Below, one piece after another: positions 39,491-48,795 of a stretch of DNA of 64,000 nt (its first letter is position 1; each line of letters opens with the position of its first letter). The notes under the pieces were generated by a model that searched no databases, was not told where the DNA came from, and saw nothing but the letters and a program-made list of their open reading frames with translations. This DNA is from Stellaceae bacterium (GTDB lineage: Bacteria; Pseudomonadota; Alphaproteobacteria; ATCC43930; CGMCC-115725), in contig DASZOZ010000135.1 in assembly GCA_035550515.1 (NCBI GenBank), positions 9,355 through 73,354 of the forward strand, read 5' to 3'. The position numbers and the translations under genes were made by a program.

Positions 39491-40090
39491 TCAGTGCCTG
39501 CTCAGCATGTCCCAGGGCGTCTTGCCCTCCGGCAGCGGCGGGATTTCGAGCAGGCTGGACATCGGCTCGCCGGCCTCATAGCGCCGGCACAGCTCTTCCG
39601 GATCGTAGGTCACGCCGACCGGGTTGTCGCGGAACGCCGGGCTCTGGAAATAGCCGTCGAGCTCCAGGGGCGTCGGGAAGTTGTCGATCTGCAGCTCGAC
39701 CCGGTTGTTGTCGGGGTCGCGATAGTAGATCGAGGTGGTGACGCCGTGGTTGATCGGCCAGTTCGGCATGATCCCGGCGGCCTTGAGCCGGCGATAGGTC
39801 GACAGCAGCTCGCCGAGATCGCGGTAGCTGTAGGCGACATGGTCGGTGCCGGTGGCTTCCGGGTCGCGCACGCCGGCGCCCGGCATGCTGATCAGCGCCA
39901 GGCGATGGTGCTCGTCGTCATAGGACAGGAAACACAGCCGCGCGTCGCGAAACACGATGCGCGCGTTGAGCACCGTCCGGTACCACTCGGCCATCTTGTC
40001 GATCTGCCCGGTGCGCAGCACGAAATGCGCGAACTTGGCCGGGCTGATCGCGTCGGTCGACAGTTTGCGGGCGGGGGAAACGTCGTTCAT
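39491..40090 (-). CDS. VOC-family (glyoxalase/extradiol dioxygenase-like) protein
   Basis: FAHFVLRTGQIDKMAEWYRTVLNARIVF...HHRLALI...DHVAYSY...NHGVTTSIYYRDPDNNRVEL is the VOC fold pattern. AGGGAGG SD upstream. Confidence 0.7.
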   Translation of the reverse strand: MNDVSPARKLSTDAISPAKFAHFVLRTGQIDKMAEWYRTVLNARIVFRDARLCFLSYDDEHHRLALISMPGAGVRDPEATGTDHVAYSYRDLGELLSTYRRLKAAGIMPNWPINHGVTTSIYYRDPDNNRVELQIDNFPTPLELDGYFQSPAFRDNPVGVTYDPEELCRRYEAGEPMSSLLEIPPLPEGKTPWDMLSRH

Positions 40091-40113
40091 CGGAGCCTCC
40101 CTTTGTCGGTTGG

Positions 40114-40896
40114 TTAATCCGCATAATCGGGTTCCTTGCGGTCGAGCAGGCGCTTCAGCGCGGCGAAATGATGATCGCACGGCTTCTTGTTGCCGTATTC
40201 CGGCCAGACTTCCTGGTATTGCGCCAGCGTGTGCCGGACGACGCTTGGCTTGACCTCGCGCAGCTTGCGCCCGGTCCACATCGCGAAGAGCTGCACCTGG
40301 CAGGCACGCTCCAGGTAATAGAGCATGTCATAGGCCTCGGCGACGCTGGTCCCGCACACGCAGACGCCGTGATTGGCCATGAACAGAACCTTCCTGTCCG
40401 GCCCGAGAATGCCGGCCAGCCGCTCGCCCTCGGCCGGGTCGAGCGCGACGCCGGTGTAGTCGTGGTCATAGGCGACCTTGTCGAGAAAGCCGATCTCGGT
40501 CTGGCCGATCGGCAGCAGCTCGGGCTCTTCGAGACGCGCCAGCGCGCTCGCATAGGGCATGTGGGTGTGCAGCACGGCCGCGTGCTGCGGCACCAGCCGG
40601 TGGATCGGCGCATGGATGCAGTAGGCCGAACGCTCGACCTCGCCCTCGCCCGCCAGCACCGTCCCGTCCCAGCCGACCTCGAGGAAGCAGCTCGCGGTGA
40701 CCTCCGACCAGTGCAGGCCGAACGGGATCTGGTAATAGCGGTCGGTCTTGCCCGGTACGGCGAGCGTCAGGTGGTTGAAGATGCCCTCGCTGAACCCGTG
40801 CCACACCGCAAGCCGATGCGCCGCCGCGAGGTCGACGCGCGTTTGCCATTCGGCGGCGGTGATCGTGGGGCTGTCCTTCAGGTAAACCAGGGCCAT
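40114..40896 (-). CDS. Class II aldolase/adducin-family protein
   Basis: GIFNHLTLAVPG...CIHAPIHRLVPQHAAVLHTHMPYASAL...MANHGVCVCG is the class II aldolase signature. AGGAGA SD upstream of ATG 40896. Confidence 0.8.
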   Translation of the reverse strand: MALVYLKDSPTITAAEWQTRVDLAAAHRLAVWHGFSEGIFNHLTLAVPGKTDRYYQIPFGLHWSEVTASCFLEVGWDGTVLAGEGEVERSAYCIHAPIHRLVPQHAAVLHTHMPYASALARLEEPELLPIGQTEIGFLDKVAYDHDYTGVALDPAEGERLAGILGPDRKVLFMANHGVCVCGTSVAEAYDMLYYLERACQVQLFAMWTGRKLREVKPSVVRHTLAQYQEVWPEYGNKKPCDHHFAALKRLLDRKEPDYAD

Positions 40897-40946
40897 CACT
40901 TCTCCTTTGCGCCGGTGCGCGGCGCGAATGGTGCCGACTCGGGTAT

Positions 40947-40995
40947 CGTCATGCCCGGACTTGATCCGGGCATCCAGCCCGGCCATGACGATGAA
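40947..40995. repeat. Family A palindromic repeat copy
   Basis: cgtcatgcccggacttgatccgggcatccagcccggccatgacgatgaa. It also creates the false N-terminal extension (VMAGLDARIKSGHDD) of ORF 40114..41169. Confidence 0.75.
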
Positions 40996-40997
40996 TT

Positions 40998-41987
40998 CTA
41001 GCGGTGAACATCGATCACCGTGCGGCCGCGGATCTGCCCGCCGAGGATGCGCGGCGCCAGCCCGGCGACCTGGGACAGCGGGATTTCCTCGATCATCCGG
41101 TCGAGCCGGTCGAGCGGCAGGTCTTGCGCGAGCCGCCGCCACGCCTCGACCCGCGGCTCGCGCGGGCACATCACCGAATCGATGCCCAGCAGGTTCACCC
41201 CGCGCAGCAGAAACGGGAGCACCGTCGTCGGCAGGTCATTGCCGCCGGCAAGCCCGCAGGCGGCAACGCTGGCGCGGTATTTGAGCTGGGTGAGGATGGT
41301 CGCCAGCGTCGCGCTGCCGACCGCATCGATCGCGCCGTCCCAGCGCTCGCGGTCGAGCGGCCGGGTCGGCGGGCTGGCGAAGGCCGCGCGGTCGACCACC
41401 TCCGCCGCGCCCAGCCCTTCGAGATAGGATTTGAGCGCGGTGCGGCCGGTGGAAGCGGCGACCTTGTGGCCGAGGCTCGACAGCAACGCGATCGCCGTGC
41501 TGCCGACGCCGCCGGTCGCGCCGGTCACCAGCACCTCGCTGCCCAGCCCCAACCCGTGCTTTTCGAGCGCGATGACCGCCAACATCGCGGTAAAGCCGGC
41601 GGTGCCGATCGCCATCGCCTGACGGGTGGTCAGCCCCGGCGGCAGCGGCACGAGCTGGTCGGCCTTGACCCGCGCCTTCTCGGCATAGCCGCCCCACTGC
41701 ACCTCGCCGACCCGCCAGCCGGTCAGCACGACCTTGTCGCCCGGCCGGAACGCCGTCGATCGCGACGTCTCGACCGTGCCGGCGAAGTCGATGCCGGGCA
41801 CGTGCGGATAGGCGCGCACCAGCCGCCCCTGCCCTTGCAGGATCATCCCGTCCTTGTAGTTGAGCGTCGAGTACTCGACCGCGACCGTGACCTCGCCTTC
41901 GGGCAGGCGGTCCTCGGCCACGCTCTCGATGCGGGAGCTCACCTTGCCGCCCGCCTCGTGCAGCATCAATGCGCGGAACGGCATCAA
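40998..41987 (-). CDS. acuI: YhdH/AcuI-type MDR oxidoreductase (acrylyl-CoA reductase family)
   Basis: VAVEYSTLNYKDGMIL...VPGIDFAGTV...VLVTGATGGVGSTAIALL matches the YhdH/AcuI subfamily. Confidence 0.75.
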   Translation of the reverse strand: MMPFRALMLHEAGGKVSSRIESVAEDRLPEGEVTVAVEYSTLNYKDGMILQGQGRLVRAYPHVPGIDFAGTVETSRSTAFRPGDKVVLTGWRVGEVQWGGYAEKARVKADQLVPLPPGLTTRQAMAIGTAGFTAMLAVIALEKHGLGLGSEVLVTGATGGVGSTAIALLSSLGHKVAASTGRTALKSYLEGLGAAEVVDRAAFASPPTRPLDRERWDGAIDAVGSATLATILTQLKYRASVAACGLAGGNDLPTTVLPFLLRGVNLLGIDSVMCPREPRVEAWRRLAQDLPLDRLDRMIEEIPLSQVAGLAPRILGGQIRGRTVIDVHR

Positions 41988-41997
41988 ACGTCTCCTT

Positions 41998-42080
41998 CGT
42001 CATGGCCGTCCCCGGACTTGATCCGGGGATCGACCCGGCAATCCGCGGCGCGGGTTCGGGATGCCCGGCATCCCGATGGC
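41998..42080. repeat. Family A palindromic repeat copy
   Basis: cgtcatggccgtccccggacttgatccggggatcgacccggc...gggatgcccggcatcccgatggc. Confidence 0.7.
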
Positions 42081-42084
42081 AGAA

Positions 42085-43254
42085 TCATGTCCGCAGCGGT
42101 TCGAGGATGCTGACGAAATTGGCGACCGCGGCGCCGCCCATGTTCATGACCCCGGCCAGCGCCGCGCCGGGGATCTGCATGCCGCCCGCCTGTCCGGTCA
42201 CCTGCATCGACGCCAGGACATGCATCGAGACGCCGGTCGCGCCGACCGGGTGGCCTTTCGCCTTGAGCCCGCCCGATGGGTTGATCGGCAGCTTGCCGTC
42301 CTTCTCGGTCCAGCCTTCGAGGATCGCCTGGGCGCCCTCGCCGGGCGCCGTCAGCCCCATCGCCTCGTACTCGATCAGTTCGGCGATCGTGAAGCAGTCA
42401 TGCGTTTCGACGAGGTCGAGGTCGAGCAGGCCGAGCCGTGCCGCCGCCAGCGCCTTTTTCCACGCGAGCGCCGGCCCCTCGAACGCCAGGATGTCGCGCC
42501 GCGACATCGGCAGGTAGTCGTTGACCTGCTCGGCGGCGCGGAACACCACGGCCTTCTTCATCGCCAGCGCGGTCGGCAGATCCGCCAGCACCACCGCCGC
42601 GGCGCCGTCCGACACCAGCGAGCAGTCGGTGCGCTTCAACGGCCCCGCCACCAGCGGGTTCTTGTCCGAGACGGTGCGACAGAACGCGTAGCCGAGGTCG
42701 CGCTGCATCTGCGCCAGCGGATTGGCGACGCCGTTCTTGTGGTTCTTCGCCGCGATGCGCGCCAGCGCGTCCGACTGGTCGCCGTATTTCTGGAAGTATT
42801 TTTGCGCGATCTGGCCGAAGATCCCGGCGAATCCGCCCTCGATCTGGTCCTCCTCCTTGCGGTAGCAGGCGCGCAGCAGCAGGTCGTTGATCTCGGCGCC
42901 GCTGCGCTCGGTCATCTTCTCGACACCGACCACGAGGATCAGCCGCCCCTTGCCGGCGGCGATCGTGTTCAGCCCCATATGGATCGCCGCCGACCCGGTG
43001 GCGCAGGCGTTCTCGACCCGCGTCGCCGGTTTGAAGCGCAGCCCCGGATCGGCCTGCAACGCCAGCGAGGCGGGAAATTCCTGCTTCACGAAGCCGCCGT
43101 TCATCGTGCCGACATAGACGGCGTCGATGTCCGCGCCGGAAACGCCGGCATCGGCGAGCGCGCCTTGCGCCACCTCGACGATCAGCGATTCGACGTCGCG
43201 GTCGTCATGCCGGCCGAACTTGCTGTGCGCCCAGCCGATGATGCACCCGGTCAT
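42085..43254 (-). CDS. Thiolase-family acetyl-CoA acetyltransferase (SCP-x-like)
   Basis: MTGCIIGWAHSKFGRH... with active-site-like NACATGSAA and C-terminal GLKAKGHPVGATG. GGAGGG SD before ATG 43254. Confidence 0.8.
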   Translation of the reverse strand: MTGCIIGWAHSKFGRHDDRDVESLIVEVAQGALADAGVSGADIDAVYVGTMNGGFVKQEFPASLALQADPGLRFKPATRVENACATGSAAIHMGLNTIAAGKGRLILVVGVEKMTERSGAEINDLLLRACYRKEEDQIEGGFAGIFGQIAQKYFQKYGDQSDALARIAAKNHKNGVANPLAQMQRDLGYAFCRTVSDKNPLVAGPLKRTDCSLVSDGAAAVVLADLPTALAMKKAVVFRAAEQVNDYLPMSRRDILAFEGPALAWKKALAAARLGLLDLDLVETHDCFTIAELIEYEAMGLTAPGEGAQAILEGWTEKDGKLPINPSGGLKAKGHPVGATGVSMHVLASMQVTGQAGGMQIPGAALAGVMNMGGAAVANFVSILEPLRT

Positions 43255-43316
43255 AGAGCCCTCCGTCTCATCCCGCGCGGATCGTAGCAAGAGCCGCCGC
43301 CGCGCTCTATCTTGAT

Positions 43317-44375
43317 ATGGCGATTGCCGAGGCCGAGCGCATGCCCGACACGATCACGATCCGCCGCCCCGACGATTGGCACGTGCACCTGCGCGACGGT
43401 CCGATGATGGCGGCGGTGCTGCCGTTGACCGCGCGCCAGTTCGCCCGCGCGATCGTCATGCCCAACCTGGTCCCGCCGGTGACGACCGTCGCCGCAGGCA
43501 CGGCGTATCGGCAACGGATCATCGACGCCTTGCCGCCCGACGCGCGCTTCACGCCGCTGATGACCGCCTATCTGACCGATGCGGCCGACCCCGAGGAAAT
43601 CCATCGCGGCCACCGCGCCGGCGTGTTCACCGCCGTCAAGCTCTACCCGGCGCACGCGACGACGAATTCGGCCCACGGCGTCACCGACATGATGCGGGTG
43701 ATGCCGGTGCTGGAGCGGATGGCGGAGATCGGCATGCCGCTATTGATTCACGGCGAGGCGACCGACCCGGCGATCGATGTCTTCGACCGCGAGGCGGTGT
43801 TCATCGAAAAAACCCTCGACCCGCTGCGCGGCCGGCTGCCGGAACTGCGGATCGTGCTCGAACACATCACCACCGCCGAGGCGGTGGATTATGTCGAGCA
43901 TGGCGGGCCGAACCTCGCCGCGACGATCACCGCGCATCATCTGATCATCAACCGCAACGCGATCTTTCAGGGCGGCATCCGGCCGCATCTCTATTGCCTG
44001 CCGATCGCCAAGCGCGAGAAGCATCGCCTGGCGTTGCGCCGCGCCGCGGTTTCGGGTTACCCGAACTTCTTCCTCGGCACCGACAGCGCGCCGCACGCCC
44101 GTCCGACAAAAGAGACGGCGTGCGGCTGCGCCGGCATCTTCACCGCGACGAACGCGCTCGAACTCTATGCCGAAGTCTTCGACGAAGAAGGCGCGCTCGA
44201 TCGCCTGGAGGGCTTTGCGTCGCTGCACGGACCGGCCTTTTACGACCTGCCGCCAAACGAGGAGCGCGTGACGCTGCGCCGCGCGGACTGGACCGGTCCC
44301 GAGCAGATCGGCACCGGCGAGCTCGCGGTCGTGCCGTTCCGCGCCGGCGAAAGACTGCGGTGGCGCCTGGGTTAG
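43317..44375 (+). CDS. pyrC: Dihydroorotase (homodimeric class II type)
   Basis: [16 protein letters not shown]...[11 protein letters not shown]...[11 protein letters not shown]...GTDSAPH is the PyrC signature. An alternative start is at 43341. Confidence 0.9.
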   Translation: MAIAEAERMPDTITIRRPDDWHVHLRDGPMMAAVLPLTARQFARAIVMPNLVPPVTTVAAGTAYRQRIIDALPPDARFTPLMTAYLTDAADPEEIHRGHRAGVFTAVKLYPAHATTNSAHGVTDMMRVMPVLERMAEIGMPLLIHGEATDPAIDVFDREAVFIEKTLDPLRGRLPELRIVLEHITTAEAVDYVEHGGPNLAATITAHHLIINRNAIFQGGIRPHLYCLPIAKREKHRLALRRAAVSGYPNFFLGTDSAPHARPTKETACGCAGIFTATNALELYAEVFDEEGALDRLEGFASLHGPAFYDLPPNEERVTLRRADWTGPEQIGTGELAVVPFRAGERLRWRLG

Positions 44376-44376
44376 G

Positions 44377-44628
44377 GCGTTATCCGGACAAATCGAGTTG
44401 GCTTCAACGGATCGTCATGGCCAGGCTTGATCCGGCCATCTCTCCGGGCCGCCGAGATCGCCGGGTCAAGCCCGGCGATGACGAAACAAGGGGTCGAACT
44501 CGTTCGGATTCTGCTCACAGCGAGAGCGTTATCCGGACAAATCGAGTTGGCTTCAACGGATCGTCATGGCCGGGCTTGACCCGGCCATCTCCCCGGGCCG
44601 CCGAGATCGCCGGGTCAAGCCCGGCGAC
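44377..44628. repeat. Two direct copies (~100 bp each, 149-bp period) of a family A repeat
   Basis: gcgttatccggacaaatcgagttggcttcaacggatcgtcatggcc.ggcttga.ccggccatctc.ccgggccgccgagatcgccgggtcaagcccggcga occurs at 44377..44479 and again at 44526..44628 with three substitutions. Confidence 0.85.
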
Positions 44629-44632
44629 GCCG

Positions 44633-45763
44633 CTACGCGCTCCGCGCAATGATTTCGCAAAAGATTTGCTCCAGCCGCCGCGACTGGGCGAACGCGTCGA
44701 ATTTCTCACGCGCGGCCCGGCGCGCCGCCGCGCCCATCCCGCGCGCGGCGTCGGGGTCGTCGGCGAGCCGCCGAAGCGCCGCGGCGAGCGTGGCGACATC
44801 GCCGGGCGGTACGAGCAGCCCAGTGCGGCCGTCCTCGACCGCCTCCGCGATCCCGGCATGCTTGGAGCCGATGACCGGAGCGCCCGCGGCCATCGCCTCC
44901 AGCACGACATTGGGCAGCCCTTCGGCGTCGCCGCTGGCGGTCTCGTGGCTCGGGACGCAGACCGCGAGCGCGCGTGCCATGCGCCGGCGCAGCTCGGCAT
45001 TGGGCAGCCAGCCGGTGAACTCGATGCCGTGCAATCCTGCGGCCGCGTGCCGCAGGCTGCCCGCGATCGGCCCGTCCCCGACCAGCATCAACCGCTGGGG
45101 CCGTCCCTCCGCCGCAAGCCGGCGCATCGCCTCGATCAGCAGGTCGATCCCCTTTTTTTCGACAAAGCGCCCGGCGAACAGGAAATAGGGTGCATCGCCG
45201 GCGGCGGGCGCGTCCGCGCCGTCCGCCTCCATCTCGATGCCGTAGCGGTGAACCCGCAGCTTTTCGGGGGGGAAGCCGCGGGCCAGCAGCCGGTCGCGGA
45301 TAAAGTCGGACACGCAGATGAACAGCGCCGCCTCGCGCTGCAGCGCCGCCAGGCGGCGCCGGTAAATGGTCGGTACCAGGCGGCGGCGGTAATGCTTGTC
45401 CTTGGTGGCGTCGCCGCCGTGGAAATGCACGATCAGCGGCACCCGCAGCGCCCGGGCGAGCGGCAGCGCCAGCGCGCCGCCGCGGCCGAAATGCGCATGC
45501 ACCAGGCGCGGCGCCAGCGCGCACAGGTCGGGCTGTCCGGGGAGCGTCCCGAATTGCTTGAACAGGCCGCGGTCGAGCGCTCCGGCGATCCCCCGGCGCG
45601 CGAGGAACAGCGGCTCGACCTGAAGCTCCTCCAGACCGTCACCCCGATGGCGGCCCACCCATACGGGCCGCAATCGCTCGAAGCCGATATACAGCCGGCG
45701 CAGAAAATGCACCTCCGAACGCGGCACGATCCGGTCGCGGTAGACGAGGATCGTGTCGCTCAC
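44633..45763 (-). CDS. GT4-family glycosyltransferase
   Basis: C-terminal GT4 motifs (FAGRFVEKKGIDLLIEA...VPSHETASGDAEGLPNVVLEAMAAGAPVIGSKHAGIAEAV). GTGA overlap with the upstream glycosyltransferase. Confidence 0.75.
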   Translation of the reverse strand: MSDTILVYRDRIVPRSEVHFLRRLYIGFERLRPVWVGRHRGDGLEELQVEPLFLARRGIAGALDRGLFKQFGTLPGQPDLCALAPRLVHAHFGRGGALALPLARALRVPLIVHFHGGDATKDKHYRRRLVPTIYRRRLAALQREAALFICVSDFIRDRLLARGFPPEKLRVHRYGIEMEADGADAPAAGDAPYFLFAGRFVEKKGIDLLIEAMRRLAAEGRPQRLMLVGDGPIAGSLRHAAAGLHGIEFTGWLPNAELRRRMARALAVCVPSHETASGDAEGLPNVVLEAMAAGAPVIGSKHAGIAEAVEDGRTGLLVPPGDVATLAAALRRLADDPDAARGMGAAARRAAREKFDAFAQSRRLEQIFCEIIARSA

Positions 45764-46788
45764 GGGATCAGCGCCTCAAAACGTTGCGCCACCTCGTCCC
45801 AGCCGAGGCCGCGCTGCTTGGCCAGCGCGGCCTGATGCCAGCGCCGCCACAAACCGTCGTCGCGCAGCACGGCGATCGACGCCTCGACGAACGCGTCGTC
45901 GCTTGCCGCGACGCGGCCGGTCACGCGATCCAGAACCCGCTCCCCCACCGAGCCCAGCGGCGTGACGACCGCCGGCACACCGAATGCCTGCGCCTCGGCG
46001 AGCGCGAGACAGAACGTCTCGCCCGGGTCGCCGCGGTAAAGCATGGCCCTGGCGCCGGCCAGGACCTCGACCAGGTGATGGCGGCCCACCGGCTGATGCC
46101 GGTGGACCCCGGCTTCGCGCAGCCCCTCGGCACGCGCCAGGACGGCGTCGATCTGCGCGGCATGCTTGGCGGCGCCGCCATAGACCGCGGTGCCGCCGTA
46201 AATGTGCAGTTCCGCGTCCGGCACCGCCGGCCTGATCCTGGCGACCCATAAATCGAGCAGCCAATCGAGCCCGCGCAGCGGGTTCGAGGTGAACACGGCG
46301 CGCGGCGCCGGCGGGTCGCGCGGCGCCGCCTGGCGGAACGGGTCGAGCACGCCATACGGGATCACCGCATGACCGCCGTCGAGGAGCCAGTGCGGGATCG
46401 TCGACGCATGGTAGGCGCCGGTGGCGACGAGCAGCGGGCGATACCAGGCAATCCGCATCGACAGGCGCGGCTTGCGCAGATAACCCGCCGGGTTGTGCAG
46501 CCACAGCAGCCGCCGCCGCGGCTGCGGCACCAGGCCGATGAGCCGATGCCCGCGATTGCCGATATAAAGATCGCAGGACCGGGGGACACCGCCGGCGACA
46601 TCCGCCCAGCGCACGCCGCGGTGGCGCAGCGAAGCGGCGCCGCGGCTGAAGGCTTGCACCTCGTGGCCCTGCGCCGCCAACGCCTCGGCCAGCGCGACGA
46701 ACGCCGTCTCGGCGCCGCCGAGCGGCCCTCGCTCCGCGCTTGCCCCATCAAAAGCGATCCCGTCATCGGCCATGACGATGCTGGCCAT
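45760..46788 (-). CDS. GT4-family glycosyltransferase
   Basis: GGAETAFVALAEALAAQGHEV...ETFCLALAEAQAFGVPAVVTPLGSVGERV is the GT4 pattern. The start is 46788 or 46773. Confidence 0.7.
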   Translation of the reverse strand: MASIVMADDGIAFDGASAERGPLGGAETAFVALAEALAAQGHEVQAFSRGAASLRHRGVRWADVAGGVPRSCDLYIGNRGHRLIGLVPQPRRRLLWLHNPAGYLRKPRLSMRIAWYRPLLVATGAYHASTIPHWLLDGGHAVIPYGVLDPFRQAAPRDPPAPRAVFTSNPLRGLDWLLDLWVARIRPAVPDAELHIYGGTAVYGGAAKHAAQIDAVLARAEGLREAGVHRHQPVGRHHLVEVLAGARAMLYRGDPGETFCLALAEAQAFGVPAVVTPLGSVGERVLDRVTGRVAASDDAFVEASIAVLRDDGLWRRWHQAALAKQRGLGWDEVAQRFEALIP

Positions 46789-46931
46789 AACACTTTTCCC
46801 ATCGGCGGCCCGGGATAAAACTACCTTGCCGCGGCACCGGCGCGCGAGCGCGGCGGTGCGGATGGGTTGCCCGGCAAGGCGCCGCATCACAGTATCGCCG
46901 TCGTCAGGCAGAACGGGCCGCGCCACGCCGG

Positions 46932-47843
46932 ATGACGACCGACCAACCCCCGTCACGCGAGCTGATCATCATCAGCGGCGCCGACAGCGGCTATTTTCCG
47001 CTGCTGCGCGACACGGTTCTCTCGGTACGCGCGCTCGACGCCGCCGTCGCGATCGGCATCCTCGATCTCGGGCTGCGGCCCGAGGAGCGGCAATGGCTCG
47101 CCGCGGCGCGGACATCGATCGTCCAGCCCGAATGGGATGTCGCGTTCCCCCATCGCAGCCGAATGCCCAATTCCTTCAAGGCGCAGGTGGCGCGGCCGTT
47201 CCTGCCGCGGCATTTCCCCGGTTACGACACGTATCTGTGGATCGACGCCGACGCCTGGCTGCAGGATTGGCGGGCCGTGGAGCTGTATCGTATGGCGGCC
47301 GGCCGGGACCGGGTGGCGATCAGCATCGAGATCGACCGCGCCTACAAACGGCATTTCAAGCGGCCGAAGCTCCTGGGCAGGACGCTGCCGTGGAAATGCT
47401 ATCGCGAGGCCTTTGGCTGGCGCGTCGCCGATCGGCTCGGGCGCAACCCCTTTGTCAATGTCGGGGTGTTCGCCCTGCATCGCGACGCGCCGCATTGGGA
47501 CGCCTGGGCGCGGTTGATCACGCAGGTGCTGCAGCGCACCCAGTTTTTCTATGTCGAGCAGATCGCGCTCAACCATGCGATCTTCGGGGACGGGCTTCCG
47601 GCCAATTTCCTTCCGGCGTACTGCAACTGGATGGTGGGCGATGCCGCCCCCGCCTTCGACCGCGCGCGCGGCCTGCTGGTCGAGCCCTATGCGCCGCACG
47701 AGACGATCGGCGTCGTCCACCTCGCCGGCAGCGATGCGAAGGACAAGGTGTTCCGCCTCGACTGCCTCGCCGACGGCCGGCTCGGCGGCGGCGTGGTGGA
47801 GACACCACTGCGCTTCAGCGACATGCGCTCGCTGGTCGGATAG
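46932..47843 (+). CDS. Putative nucleotide-diphospho-sugar transferase (GT8-like, DxD)
   Basis: IIISGADSGYFPLL...YLWIDADAWL (DxD) ...VNVGVFAL. Divergent from the GT4 pair. Weak family assignment. Confidence 0.5.
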   Translation: MTTDQPPSRELIIISGADSGYFPLLRDTVLSVRALDAAVAIGILDLGLRPEERQWLAAARTSIVQPEWDVAFPHRSRMPNSFKAQVARPFLPRHFPGYDTYLWIDADAWLQDWRAVELYRMAAGRDRVAISIEIDRAYKRHFKRPKLLGRTLPWKCYREAFGWRVADRLGRNPFVNVGVFALHRDAPHWDAWARLITQVLQRTQFFYVEQIALNHAIFGDGLPANFLPAYCNWMVGDAAPAFDRARGLLVEPYAPHETIGVVHLAGSDAKDKVFRLDCLADGRLGGGVVETPLRFSDMRSLVG

Positions 47844-47853
47844 TTCGGCGCTT

Positions 47854-48618
47854 TCACTCCTTTTCCAGCCGCGCCTTCAGGTAGGACAGGATCGGGTACA
47901 GCCCGGCGCAAAGCGCGATCAGAAAACCGTAGGGTCCCTCGCGGTAGCCTTGCCGGGCGATGTAGCACTTCCAGAAACGCGTGAAGATGCGCCGCACGTT
48001 GCGCCGATAGCTGCCGATATTGCCGCTTTCGCGCAGGTCTTTGGCGCGCGCCGTGGTGTAGCGGTTGAGCCGCGCCAGCATGTCGGAGATGTCGCGATCG
48101 ACGTAATGGGTGAGCCGCCCGTTGAATGTCGGTCCCTGCGAGCCGGACAGCGTCACCTCGGGATGCACGCGCTCGTCGCCCCAGCGTTTGGCGCCGTGAC
48201 GGTAGAAGCCGGCAAAGGCCCCCTTGCCGAACGACGCACCCCAGCCGTAGCGGACCAGCCGGTCGCCGATATAGTTGTCGACCGGGATCAGATGCCACGA
48301 CACGGTCGAGTGCTCCGCCGTCCGCCGGATTTCCTCGGCCAGCGCCTGCGGTATCCGCTCGTCGGCGTCCACCTCGAGCACCCAGGCCCCGGTGCACGCA
48401 TCGATGCCCGCGTGCCGGCGCGGCCCCTCGCGCTCCCACGCCCCCTCGATGATCCGCGCTTGAAACAGCCGGGCGATGTCTTTCGATTTATCCGTGCAGC
48501 GATCGAGCACCACCACGACTTCGTCGCAAAAGCCGACGGTCTTCAGGCATTCGGCGAGTTGGGCCTCTTCGTTGTGCGCAACGACGACGGCGGAGATCAG
48601 CGGGCGCCCGCCGCTCAC
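47854..48618 (-). CDS. GT2-family glycosyltransferase
   Basis: ISAVVVAHNEEAQLAECLKTV.FCDEVVVVLDRCTDKS...VLEVDADE is the GT2 GT-A signature. Confidence 0.8.
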   Translation of the reverse strand: MSGGRPLISAVVVAHNEEAQLAECLKTVGFCDEVVVVLDRCTDKSKDIARLFQARIIEGAWEREGPRRHAGIDACTGAWVLEVDADERIPQALAEEIRRTAEHSTVSWHLIPVDNYIGDRLVRYGWGASFGKGAFAGFYRHGAKRWGDERVHPEVTLSGSQGPTFNGRLTHYVDRDISDMLARLNRYTTARAKDLRESGNIGSYRRNVRRIFTRFWKCYIARQGYREGPYGFLIALCAGLYPILSYLKARLEKE

Positions 48619-48795
48619 GCCGGCTCGCCCGCCTTCCGGGATTGCGCGATGCGGGCCGCGGCCGCATCGCAGGGCGGCCTATCCATCACCGACGGCGTTA
48701 TAACGCGGCCCCGCTCGCCTTGCCAAGCAAGCGCCGGGCCTCTACCTCTAACGGACCCAGCTAATGACCCAGGCGCTTTGGCCGAGACGGTGACG

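Noticed and set aside
44377-44628. Possible CRISPR array or tandem regulatory sites after pyrC
   Set aside because: There are only two copies of ~100-bp units with internal palindromes. The same sequence family is dispersed at seven other loci, there are no short regular repeat-spacer units and no cas genes. It is classified as a REP/MITE-like repeat.
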